A DNA stretch of 64,000 nt from Tubiluchus corallicola. Its lineage: Eukaryota; Animalia; Priapulida. Shown in pieces: positions 60,001 to 64,000 of this stretch. The stretch spans positions 44,665-108,664 of the forward strand of contig JAQGDQ010000712.1 in the NCBI GenBank assembly GCA_030141605.1, in the 5' to 3' direction. The translations under genes were made by a program, and so were the position numbers. Position 1 is the stretch's first letter, and every line of letters starts with the position of its first letter. Under the pieces are notes generated by a model, which did no database searches, had not been told where the DNA came from, and saw nothing but the letters and a program-made list of their open reading frames with translations.

Positions 60001-61707
60001 CGACTACGTCTACTACATCATTTCTCAGATCTGGTCCTATCCTGCTGGAGGCTGTTGAGTTTGTGCCCGGATCAAAACAACATTACGTCGTACAATAACG
60101 GACTAGAAGGACTCATTCAGGTGAGTCGTTGACTCGGAGTTGACATGCGTAATTGTTGCTCGATCAGTTCATGTTTCTACATGATGATAATATAGTCTAT
60201 AAAATAATGAAGATGAATTTTGCGTGGATTATGTTTTGTCAATTAAGTAAGATTGGTGTGTGAACAATAATTATATTGTTTATGTTGCTCATTAGGTAGG
60301 ACTGCTGTGTATGTGTGCTAATGCAGTAGAGATGTTTTTATGTTGTTGGGTAGGTAGGTTTTATTGAATATGTAGGACTGGTGTGTATGTGTGCTAACAC
60401 AGTAGAGATATGTTTTATGTTGCTGGGCAGGTAGGTTTTATTAATTAGGTCTGACTGGCCTATATGTGTGCTAATGCAGTAGAAATATGTTTTATGTTGT
60501 TGAGATTTTAGGTTTTATTGGTTATGTAGGACTGGTTCGTATCTGTGCTAATTTTGATATAATTTCAAGTTCTGTCTGAAAAACTACTTTGAAGAGCTCA
60601 TTTAATAGAAAGCTATGCCTTCTGTATTTAGTGGATTCTGTGGTGTCCTAAGCTAGTCGTTTATTAAAGCATTTACGTAATTTTTATTTTCAAACAGTGT
60701 ACGATTAGTAATTTTGGCTAATTTGTATTTTATTTGAAAATTCTGTGTGGGCTCATGTTATGCTAAACCTACTTTTTGTTGCCACACTTTCGCATTGTGC
60801 TTTCATATTCCTATTTTTATTCGTGGTAGAAAGTAACTTTTTCCACAAAAAATAAACAATCCAGCAACGGAAAAAAATGAAAGCACATATTTAAAGAAGG
60901 TATGCATATACAAAAAACAGTGGAGCAGTTAAGTAAACTCTCTTTTATCTAATAATAATTACTGTAGTTTCTTTTTTATAATGATTATTTAATATTTTCT
61001 ACCTCTTAATACTGTTGTAAACTGCACAAGGAAAAAGCTCATTTATGGGGACTATTATGTGAAATAAATAATTAAATAAAGCAAAAATAAGTAAAAGTAA
61101 TAAATAATAAAAATTCCAACATGCATCAAACAAATATATGACTTCTATAATGACTACTTTTTTTGCACAGGGACGCCTGCGACCCTTGCTAGCACCGAGG
61201 GTCTATACACTGCCGATGGTCCGTGCGATAGGACGCACGATGGTGCAAGGAAAGAATTACGGACCGCAAATAACAGTGAAACGAATTGCTACAAGGTATG
61301 TTTTCATTTACATGTACAAAACTGCATATGTTTTAGATCATACAAAAATTACAGCTTATTATAAGTCTTGTAGGTACCAATTCATGTATACTTTTATGTG
61401 TTGCTTTAATCTTTATCTTTTTCGTTGCTAGGCAAGAGACATGGAATTTTTGTGCTTTTGCAGCCAACATTATCGAACTTTCAAAAGCAGTTGATATTTA
61501 TAAGATTGAATCTTGAGGAAATTATATTGCATTCACTTTAAAGAAAATAGGTTGATTATCATTAGACAATTATTTTGTCATTTTTAACTATAGAAATTTA
61601 ACTACTATTTCAGGGGCAAAAAGTGCAAGCCAATATTTGTACAGATAGCAAAGCAGATAATCAAACTAACACCAAGTGATTTGAGGTTGCCCGCTCGTGC
61701 TTGGAAG
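384..61707 (+). CDS. HERC1: HERC1 orthologue (giant HECT/RCC1-like E3 ubiquitin ligase), partial; 61 internal coding exons, gene extends beyond both window ends
   Basis: Phase-consistent exon chain. Domain order SPRY > UBA-like > WD40 > RCC1-like repeats > pre-HECT (LRLPARAWK) is that of HERC1. Motifs [89 protein letters not shown] and [12 protein letters not shown] match recalled vertebrate HERC1. Confidence 0.96.
1388..1616. repeat. Dispersed direct repeat, copy 2
   Basis: Near-identical to 1-229. Confidence 0.9.
1868..1989 (+). CDS. HERC1: HERC1 exon 2
   Basis: tttag|G..A|gttagt; [25 protein letters not shown]; phase 2>1. Confidence 0.85.
2472..2555 (+). CDS. HERC1: HERC1 exon 3 (low-conservation linker)
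   Basis: tttgaag|GT..G|gtagtt; [27 protein letters not shown]; phase 1>1. Confidence 0.6.
3290..3446. mobile_element. 3' fragment of Tc1/pogo-like MITE family A
   Basis: Similar to 20700-20856; ends in degenerate TIR gataagcgacgacttcctg followed by TA. Confidence 0.6.
3607..3828 (+). CDS. HERC1: HERC1 exon 4
   Basis: ttacag|AT..G|gttttg; [20 protein letters not shown]. Confidence 0.85.
4105..4192. repeat. Degenerate (CCCTAA)n telomere-like interstitial repeat
   Basis: aaccctaaccctaacc and variant hexamers. Confidence 0.7.
5025..5146 (+). CDS. HERC1: HERC1 exon 5
   Basis: ttttag|AT..TCA|gtaagt; [23 protein letters not shown]; phase 1>0. Confidence 0.75.
5470..5715. mobile_element. Tc1/pogo-like MITE family A, short copy
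   Basis: TA + CAGTAAGTCCTCGCTTAACG ... cgttaaccgaggacttggtg (imperfect TIRs). Confidence 0.65.
6903..6957 (+). CDS. HERC1: HERC1 exon 6 (small)
   Basis: ttttag|CCG..G|gtaatt; [18 protein letters not shown]; supplies the needed phase 0>1 bridge. Confidence 0.65.
7286..7650. repeat. Interspersed repeat family C, copy 1 (others 29982-30345 direct, 41300-41565 inverted)
   Basis: Shared blocks such as tgtaaatttaaactc, tttgaaaaa..agagcatttgt, tgagtgg.gcac.ctg, tctagttacat. Confidence 0.75.
8162..8297 (+). CDS. HERC1: HERC1 exon 7
   Basis: tttag|GA..AG|gtaaga; [20 protein letters not shown]. Confidence 0.8.
9783..9909 (+). CDS. HERC1: HERC1 exon 8
   Basis: ttcag|C..GAG|gtataa; IIQFVC...[10 protein letters not shown]. 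Confidence 0.88.
10272..10478 (+). CDS. HERC1: HERC1 exon 9
   Basis: ctag|TGT..CAG|gtgggt; [14 protein letters not shown]...LCHYQ. Confidence 0.9.
10764..11651. mobile_element. Non-autonomous hAT-type element with 8-bp TSD CTTAAACC
   Basis: cttaaacc at 10756-10763 and 11652-11659; imperfect TIRs cactgcttaaaatg / cactttgagcactg. Confidence 0.7.
12240..12360 (+). CDS. HERC1: HERC1 exon 10
   Basis: ctcag|GAT..G|gtgagc; [25 protein letters not shown]. Confidence 0.9.
12455..12503. repeat. (ATT)n microsatellite
   Basis: Direct reading. Confidence 0.95.
13879..13987 (+). CDS. HERC1: HERC1 exon 11
   Basis: ttcag|AA..AA|gtaagt; [24 protein letters not shown]. Confidence 0.9.
14082..14412. mobile_element. 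Non-autonomous hAT-type MITE with 8-bp TSD GATGTATA
   Basis: gatgtata at 14074-14081 and 14413-14420; imperfect TIRs cacggccaaattat / ataatccgtccctg. Confidence 0.72.
14993..15115 (+). CDS. HERC1: HERC1 exon 12
   Basis: cctag|A..AG|gtcagt; [16 protein letters not shown]. Confidence 0.88.
15250..16287. mobile_element. Helentron/HINE-like non-autonomous element, copy 1
   Basis: Colinear with 61940-63161 (start aactagt.gacaatgttt...actgaagattttgca; end aaaatcttaat); subterminal inverted motif. Confidence 0.55.
16499..16686 (+). CDS. HERC1: HERC1 exon 13
   Basis: cttag|T..A|gtaagt; [17 protein letters not shown]. Confidence 0.88.
16770..17015. repeat. Degenerate (CAT)n simple repeat
   Basis: catcat/catcgt/cattat tract. 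Confidence 0.85.
17055..17204 (+). CDS. HERC1: HERC1 exon 14
   Basis: tttag|AA..G|gttagc; [15 protein letters not shown]...[12 protein letters not shown]. Confidence 0.88.
17351..17771. mobile_element. hAT-type MITE with TTCGA-rich ends; partial inverted copy at about 32170-32460
   Basis: Starts TAGGGATGAGC; flanks ttaggtaa / ttgggtaa (7/8 TSD match). Confidence 0.65.
17949..18124 (+). CDS. HERC1: HERC1 exon 15
   Basis: tatag|GT..CAG|gtttgt; [17 protein letters not shown]...DNMWRAP. Confidence 0.88.
18703..18948 (+). CDS. HERC1: HERC1 exon 16 (SPRY start)
   Basis: tttag|GCT..AAG|gtaaac; [14 protein letters not shown]...GYGLG...SGCYQWK. Confidence 0.92.
19153..19271 (+). CDS. HERC1: HERC1 exon 17 (SPRY)
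   Basis: tacag|TTT..AG|gtatgg; [18 protein letters not shown]...DMWLYRAY. Confidence 0.95.
19891..20095 (+). CDS. HERC1: HERC1 exon 18 (SPRY)
   Basis: tgtag|C..AAG|gtatct; GNLYHGGE...[15 protein letters not shown]. Confidence 0.95.
20143..20856. mobile_element. Tc1/pogo-like MITE family A, full-length
   Basis: TIRs CAGTAAATCCTCACTTAACG / CGTTAAGCGAGGACTTACTG; TA on left flank; colinear with 58259-58920. Confidence 0.8.
21185..21300 (+). CDS. HERC1: HERC1 exon 19
   Basis: tttag|GTA..AG|gtattt; [20 protein letters not shown]. Confidence 0.92.
21875..22038 (+). CDS. HERC1: HERC1 exon 20
   Basis: ttcag|G..G|gtacga; [19 protein letters not shown]. Confidence 0.88.
22761..22900 (+). CDS. HERC1: HERC1 exon 21
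   Basis: aatag|GA..AAA|gtaagt; [15 protein letters not shown]...LNTLCHK. Confidence 0.82.
23327..23490 (+). CDS. HERC1: HERC1 exon 22
   Basis: tgtag|GTG..AG|gtgagc; [19 protein letters not shown]...AKVQWEEG. Confidence 0.93.
23700..24197. mobile_element. Kolobok-like element, copy 1 (termini eroded)
   Basis: Colinear direct copy of 49770-50295. Confidence 0.7.
24262..24431 (+). CDS. HERC1: HERC1 exon 23
   Basis: tacag|T..G|gtatga; [16 protein letters not shown]. Confidence 0.88.
24696..25388 (+). CDS. HERC1: HERC1 exon 24 (largest, 693 nt)
   Basis: tttag|AT..G|gtcagt; inside 253-aa ORF; [28 protein letters not shown]. Confidence 0.92.
26350..26525 (+). CDS. HERC1: HERC1 exon 25
   Basis: tctag|AA..CAG|gtacgt; [13 protein letters not shown]. 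Confidence 0.82.
26810..27205. mobile_element. Inverted pair of tRNA-derived SINE-like units
   Basis: Minus strand A-box tagctcagttgg and B-box ggttcaaatccc; plus strand B-box ggttcaagtccc; arms complementary. Confidence 0.65.
28194..28860. mobile_element. Tc1/pogo-like MITE family B
   Basis: TA + cagtgaattccgcataagtcaaa ... tttgagttatgcggagtttact; internal tttgagtta motifs. Confidence 0.65.
29029..29121 (+). CDS. HERC1: HERC1 exon 26
   Basis: tactaac branch-point-like motif, tgtag|TTG..CAG|gttggt; [23 protein letters not shown]; phase 0>0. Confidence 0.7.
29982..30345. repeat. Interspersed repeat family C, copy 2
   Basis: Direct similarity to 7286-7650. Confidence 0.75.
30998..31097 (+). 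CDS. HERC1: HERC1 exon 27
   Basis: ttcag|GGA..G|gtaccc; [21 protein letters not shown]. Confidence 0.78.
31214..31321 (+). CDS. HERC1: HERC1 exon 28 (UBA-like)
   Basis: ttcag|CT..G|gtagga; [29 protein letters not shown]. Confidence 0.93.
31564..31738 (+). CDS. HERC1: HERC1 exon 29 (UBA-like end; alternative start 31573)
   Basis: ttcgag|GT (or gacag|GT)..AG|gtaagc; [12 protein letters not shown]. Confidence 0.85.
31953..32137 (+). CDS. HERC1: HERC1 exon 30
   Basis: tgcag|G..A|gtatgt; [15 protein letters not shown]. Confidence 0.8.
32170..32460. mobile_element. Inverted partial copy of the 17351-17771 MITE
   Basis: Reverse complement of about 17400-17660 (tttcaaacgttttaatgataaagaa, aatccataattttaggt). 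Confidence 0.7.
32601..32809 (+). CDS. HERC1: HERC1 exon 31
   Basis: aatag|AT..ACA|gtaagt; acidic [18 protein letters not shown]. Confidence 0.8.
33163..33300 (+). mobile_element. tRNA-derived SINE fragment with Meta-like core
   Basis: taactcagtgatagc (A-box-like), gggttcaactag (B-box-like), then ataccaaagacttaaaaaaggtact. Confidence 0.5.
33447..33598 (+). CDS. HERC1: HERC1 exon 32 (Cys/His module; alternative start 33474)
   Basis: gaaag|GAC or ttcag|CTG ..CG|gtatgt; [25 protein letters not shown]. Confidence 0.85.
34216..34315. repeat. Inverted repeat, 30-bp arms (29/30), with Penelope-like hammerhead motif
   Basis: tattaatgatttttcgggaaaccactgctc vs gagcagtggtttcccgaaatatcattaata. Confidence 0.8.
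34505..34634 (+). CDS. HERC1: HERC1 exon 33
   Basis: tgcag|G..GTG|gtatgg; [35 protein letters not shown]. Confidence 0.93.
34888..34960 (+). mobile_element. Degenerate tRNA-like SINE head
   Basis: gtagctcactagttggagc ... agttcgagtc followed by a T-rich tract. Confidence 0.4.
35096..35198 (+). CDS. HERC1: HERC1 exon 34
   Basis: ttcag|GTG..G|gtaaat; APDLLG. Confidence 0.82.
35802..35996 (+). CDS. HERC1: HERC1 exon 35
   Basis: tttag|AG..G|gtaagt; [23 protein letters not shown]. Confidence 0.9.
36131..36518. repeat. Tandem duplication, two units of about 190 bp
   Basis: ttattatgctttaactttcttgtaatagatgtcgctataataataa occurs twice with colinear flanks. Confidence 0.9.
36891..37059 (+). CDS. HERC1: HERC1 exon 36
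   Basis: tgtag|GC..AG|gtatgt; LGEQAALL...DRLIALRR...[19 protein letters not shown]. Confidence 0.9.
37633..37780 (+). CDS. HERC1: HERC1 exon 37
   Basis: tacag|T..TCG|gtacat; [28 protein letters not shown]. Confidence 0.9.
38409..38546 (+). CDS. HERC1: HERC1 exon 38
   Basis: tgtag|CTA..CAG|gtacgt; [12 protein letters not shown]...LLVQLCVQ. Confidence 0.85.
38870..39040. repeat. (TATTG)n degenerate plus (ATT)n microsatellite
   Basis: Direct reading. Confidence 0.9.
39360..39573 (+). CDS. HERC1: HERC1 exon 39
   Basis: tttag|GAC..G|gtgaga; [10 protein letters not shown]...[14 protein letters not shown]. Confidence 0.9.
39680..39815 (+). CDS. HERC1: HERC1 exon 40
   Basis: tgtag|AT..AA|gtaaaa; [27 protein letters not shown]. 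Confidence 0.9.
40898..41047 (+). CDS. HERC1: HERC1 exon 41 (WD40 start)
   Basis: aacag|G..AG|gtacat; [23 protein letters not shown]. Confidence 0.92.
41300..41565. repeat. Interspersed repeat family C, inverted copy
   Basis: Reverse complement of 29982-30250. Confidence 0.72.
42490..42692 (+). CDS. HERC1: HERC1 exon 42 (WD40)
   Basis: tttag|T..G|gtaaat; DGTVRIW...[12 protein letters not shown]. Confidence 0.92.
43635..43838 (+). CDS. HERC1: HERC1 exon 43 (WD40)
   Basis: tacag|GT..G|gtaagt; VTALAWP...[10 protein letters not shown]. Confidence 0.92.
44006..44130 (+). CDS. HERC1: HERC1 exon 44 (WD40; alternative start 44012)
   Basis: ttcag|TT..GAG|gtattg; [21 protein letters not shown]. Confidence 0.88.
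45094..45293 (+). CDS. HERC1: HERC1 exon 45 (WD40)
   Basis: tccag|GGA..GC|gttagt; [25 protein letters not shown]. Confidence 0.92.
45913..45985 (+). CDS. HERC1: HERC1 exon 46 (WD40)
   Basis: tgcag|G..GGG|gtgagt; [14 protein letters not shown]. Confidence 0.88.
46677..46820 (+). CDS. HERC1: HERC1 exon 47 (WD40)
   Basis: tttag|GAT..AAG|gtgtgc; [23 protein letters not shown]...LNIWSLK. Confidence 0.92.
47879..47977 (+). CDS. HERC1: HERC1 exon 48
   Basis: tacag|GAT..AAG|gtaaga; [12 protein letters not shown]...[10 protein letters not shown]. Confidence 0.9.
48876..49049 (+). CDS. HERC1: HERC1 exon 49 (ends at a GC donor)
   Basis: ttcag|GAA..AAG|gcaatg; [11 protein letters not shown]...LQDQYAYEK. 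Confidence 0.88.
49753..50314. mobile_element. Kolobok-like non-autonomous DNA transposon with TTAA TSD
   Basis: ttaa|agaaaaactggacgattg ... caattgtccggtttttttcct|ttaa. Confidence 0.7.
50344..50622 (+). CDS. HERC1: HERC1 exon 50
   Basis: tacag|ACT..TAT|gtaagc; [27 protein letters not shown]. Confidence 0.92.
51436..51627 (+). CDS. HERC1: HERC1 exon 51 (RLD2 start)
   Basis: tctag|GAT..CAG|gtgcat; [33 protein letters not shown]. Confidence 0.94.
51655..51755. repeat. About 33-bp tandem repeat, 3 copies
   Basis: ttaatagg.tgcaattagttttgtactttgcat repeated. Confidence 0.85.
51995..52045 (-). other. 5S rRNA-like fragment (SINE3/pseudogene relic)
   Basis: ggcggtctcgcatccatttactaacc resembles the reverse complement of the 5S internal region (ggcggtctcccatccaagtactaacc). 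Confidence 0.45.
52357..52830 (+). repeat. 65-bp tandem array derived from the exon-52 acceptor and exon start, interrupted by a hairpin-bearing insert
   Basis: Units begin at 52381, 52446, 52693 and 52758; the last contains the real acceptor. Confidence 0.9.
52788..52926 (+). CDS. HERC1: HERC1 exon 52 (RCC1 repeat)
   Basis: atcag|GTG..G|gtaaaa; [37 protein letters not shown]. Confidence 0.95.
54060..54241 (+). CDS. HERC1: HERC1 exon 53 (RCC1 repeat)
   Basis: tgcag|GA..CAT|gtgagt; [29 protein letters not shown]. Confidence 0.95.
54848..55003 (+). CDS. HERC1: HERC1 exon 54 (RCC1 repeat)
   Basis: tatag|ATG..TTT|gtaaat; [29 protein letters not shown]. Confidence 0.95.
55060..55310. repeat. 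Degenerate pentanucleotide repeat (AAATT/GAATT/GATTT/GACTG)
   Basis: 5-bp periodicity visible directly. Confidence 0.85.
55398..55520 (+). CDS. HERC1: HERC1 exon 55 (RCC1 repeat)
   Basis: ttcag|GTT..CAG|gtattg; [10 protein letters not shown]...[15 protein letters not shown]. Confidence 0.95.
55608..55710 (+). CDS. HERC1: HERC1 exon 56 (RCC1 repeat)
   Basis: tgcag|AAA..G|gtatgt; [21 protein letters not shown]. Confidence 0.95.
56070..56920. mobile_element. hAT-type non-autonomous element, 13-bp TIRs, 8-bp TSD ACTTCCAC, internal minisatellite
   Basis: acttccac|CAGTGTTGTAGTA ... TACTACAACACTG|acttccac. Confidence 0.88.
56366..56860. repeat. 31-bp minisatellite (ACTTGGCCACAGTGACTCGAGRCTTGACTCGG-like), about 15-16 copies
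   Basis: Direct reading. Confidence 0.95.
57017..57261 (+). CDS. HERC1: HERC1 exon 57 (RCC1 repeat)
   Basis: accag|AT..CAA|gtaagt; [31 protein letters not shown]. Confidence 0.95.
57674..57848. repeat. A/C-only low-complexity tract
   Basis: About 175 nt with no G or T. Confidence 0.9.
58259..58920. mobile_element. Tc1/pogo-like MITE family A, diverged copy
   Basis: Starts cagtaagtctttgcttaatg; colinear with 20143-20856. Confidence 0.78.
58970..59057 (+). CDS. HERC1: HERC1 exon 58
   Basis: tttag|ATT..G|gtatag; [14 protein letters not shown]...PVPLQL. Confidence 0.93.
59933..60120 (+). CDS. HERC1: HERC1 exon 59
   Basis: gacag|GT..CAG|gtgagt; LPTSVPPQF...[11 protein letters not shown]. Confidence 0.93.
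60280..60552. repeat. About 77-bp tandem repeat, about 3.5 copies
   Basis: gactg.tgtgtatgtgtgctaa..cagtaga.at recurs. Confidence 0.85.
61171..61295 (+). CDS. HERC1: HERC1 exon 60
   Basis: cacag|GGA..AG|gtatgt; [36 protein letters not shown]. Confidence 0.95.
61614..61707 (+). CDS. HERC1: HERC1 exon 61 (approach to HECT domain)
   Basis: ttcag|G..AAG|gtactg; [31 protein letters not shown]. Confidence 0.94.
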
Positions 61708-61939
61708 GTACTGAAATTAACATTTACTTTACTGTCTTACTTACTCTCTAAGTCTCTTAAAATAAAGTTAGAAAAGCATTTTGTGAATGTGTAAGCAACT
61801 ACTTGTGGCATGTATGACAACATGTTCATCTTCTTTAATTACTAACAAAAATTATTACTTAGTGAATTAATTATTTGTACTAAAACTGCACTTCTATACA
61901 AAATGTTATACGAATAAAAGATTAATAATAACTAATAAT

Positions 61940-63161
61940 AACTAGTTGACAATGTTTCTGGCGTGGTCAAAAACTGAAGATTTTGCAGCAATACTTATAA
62001 AATTGGTTCTTAAAAATGAAGAAACGACAGCTTTTTTGAAAGTGCTTATTTTCTTTCTTTGAATTGCTTGAATAAATGGAAAGTGAATTTCACAATGAAA
62101 CCTCAGGATTTAACTGTTCAACCCATCACCCACAGGTCAAAGGTCAACAATCTTGGCATAACTTATATCAATCAGTTTGTCTCATTGAGACCATTTGAGA
62201 CACAACAACCTACTTTTGATGGATCCTAGAAGGCATTTGTCTCCTCGACCCCTATTTTGCCCCTAACTGGGTCACAGGTTAACGATTCACACTGTAACCT
62301 ATACCATTCGACTCGCCTCATCAAGACCTTTCATTTGATATGCTACATGGTACTATTCATAGACACTCGATGCACTTCTGTTCCCAACCCCAATTTTTCA
62401 GTTTTTGCCCCCTAGCAGGGATGCAGGTTAGCAATTCTCATTGTAACCTTTGCCATTCGACTCGTCTCATCGAGACCTTTCATTTGATGTGCTACACGGT
62501 ACTATTCTAAGACACTTGATGCATTTCTGTTCCCAACCTCCATTTTTTGGTTTTTGCTTCGTAGCGGAAAATTTTTCCCGCCTCCAAATCACCCATGATT
62601 TGCCATATCCAACAACTTGGCCCCACCTAACCATATACCAAATATTGTCGCCCTAGCTCAAAAACTATGGGAGCAGGTAGATCCTAAAGAAAAATAAGTG
62701 AAGACCTAACTCGGGTCACATGTTTACGTAGATAAGTTTGCACAGAGCGTGTACACTGTGAGTTTTGTGTCCCTAGCTCTCAGTATGTAAAAGGTCACCA
62801 ATTTGGGGACCCCAAATTTTACATTTTGGCCCCTCACTCGGGCATTTGAAGCTTGTCAGCTTTTTAAAACCCCAGATGCACACCTGCCCCACAGTACACA
62901 AATACTTGTGAAAAAAAATTTAGAAAAAAACAAAAGCCCTAGGAGTTGAATCATAAAGGAAAAATTGACCAACGCCCACTTGCCATTCCCCCTTGACCAG
63001 TGGTCAGCGGTTGCTATATTGTTGTACATCCCCAGCCCAGGGCTACCAACCCTGTTTGGTGAACCTGGCTTGCAAGACTTAGGAGTTATTAAGCATTAAA
63101 GTGGCAGAGCATAAATAATAAATAAATAAAAATAAATAACTCAATATTGCAAAATCTTAAT
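61940..63161. mobile_element. Helentron/HINE-like element, copy 2, with internal 150-bp duplication
   Basis: Colinear with 15250-16287; aagattttgca near start vs tgcaaaatctt near end; about 62290-62410 repeated at about 62440-62560. Confidence 0.55.
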
Positions 63162-64000
63162 AATATTGTGCACCTACTTGCTCAGCTTAATAAGCTAACA
63201 ATAGTTTTTACTAAAAGTTTGTTTTTCATATGATGTTTATTACATATTACTACACTACTATTATACAAGCGGTTTATCTGAAAATATTAACATTTTAATT
63301 TCGTTTATGTACAAGGGCTATCAATAAATATATTTAATTTTAACATATGTATGAAATTATTTAATGGAAATTGCATGCTTTTTTATAGTGTGGCTTTAAG
63401 TTGTAATTGATTTAATTGTTCTGTTTGCTAAGCCTGTGTTCTGCATACATGTTTGCTAATTCCGCTTGCACCAACCGTATTTGAAGACGACGCCAAGTCA
63501 CGCGGGAAGTTGAGCTTATTTTAGTATTTTAGAAAAATGTTAAAAAGTTTTAACACTAAATTGTGATCAGCACCTCTTGTTAAAATGAAGTTAAAGTCGC
63601 GATCGCTTCACTTTGGCGTACACATTTTGAACGAAGCATGTCGTCATCCACATTCTTTTTTTGCAACTATTATGAACTATAAATAATTCAAAACGTTGAA
63701 CGAGAAATTATCAATACTGTTTTTTGCTTTCTCATGAATCCAATTGCACACTATCTAAGCAAAAACATAGTTACTGATGGCAGTATAATAACGTGGAATC
63801 GAGCCAAAGTTGCAGCATAATTATTTTAACAAGCTAAAACTGAATTCTAAAACTTAGTAACCGACCCGGTATCTACTGTATGCTCGCAGCCTCGTAAAAT
63901 TCCATGCTTATGTGTAATAATATCGTATAGTACTTACACATTTTAAGGCACAATCCTGTAGATTAAAGCTGCGTTAGGACTTTAAAGTTGTTGCTGATTG

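Noticed and set aside
63310-64000. Mariner-like terminus (tacaagggctatcaataa) and following sequence
   Set aside because: No matching second TIR or transposase frame visible in the window.

Overview
AT-rich metazoan (invertebrate-like) genomic DNA. The whole window lies inside one intron-rich plus-strand gene, an orthologue of the giant E3 ubiquitin ligase HERC1. I traced 61 internal coding exons (384-61707) by hand using splice sites and reading-frame phase. They encode an N-terminal helical region, SPRY, UBA-like, a Cys/His-rich module, WD40 repeats, the second RCC1-like domain (RLD2) and the approach to the HECT domain. The start codon, RLD1 and most of the HECT domain lie outside the window. 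Introns contain many non-autonomous transposons (hAT-type with 8-bp TSDs, Tc1/pogo-type, a TTAA/Kolobok-like element, a Helentron/HINE-like family), tRNA- and 5S-like SINE relics and tandem repeats. The main oddities are a GC-AG intron, a 65-bp tandem array built from a splice acceptor plus exon start, a candidate mutually exclusive exon, and a Penelope-like hammerhead palindrome. I found no convincing wholly new system. Homology statements come from recalled sequences, not database searches.
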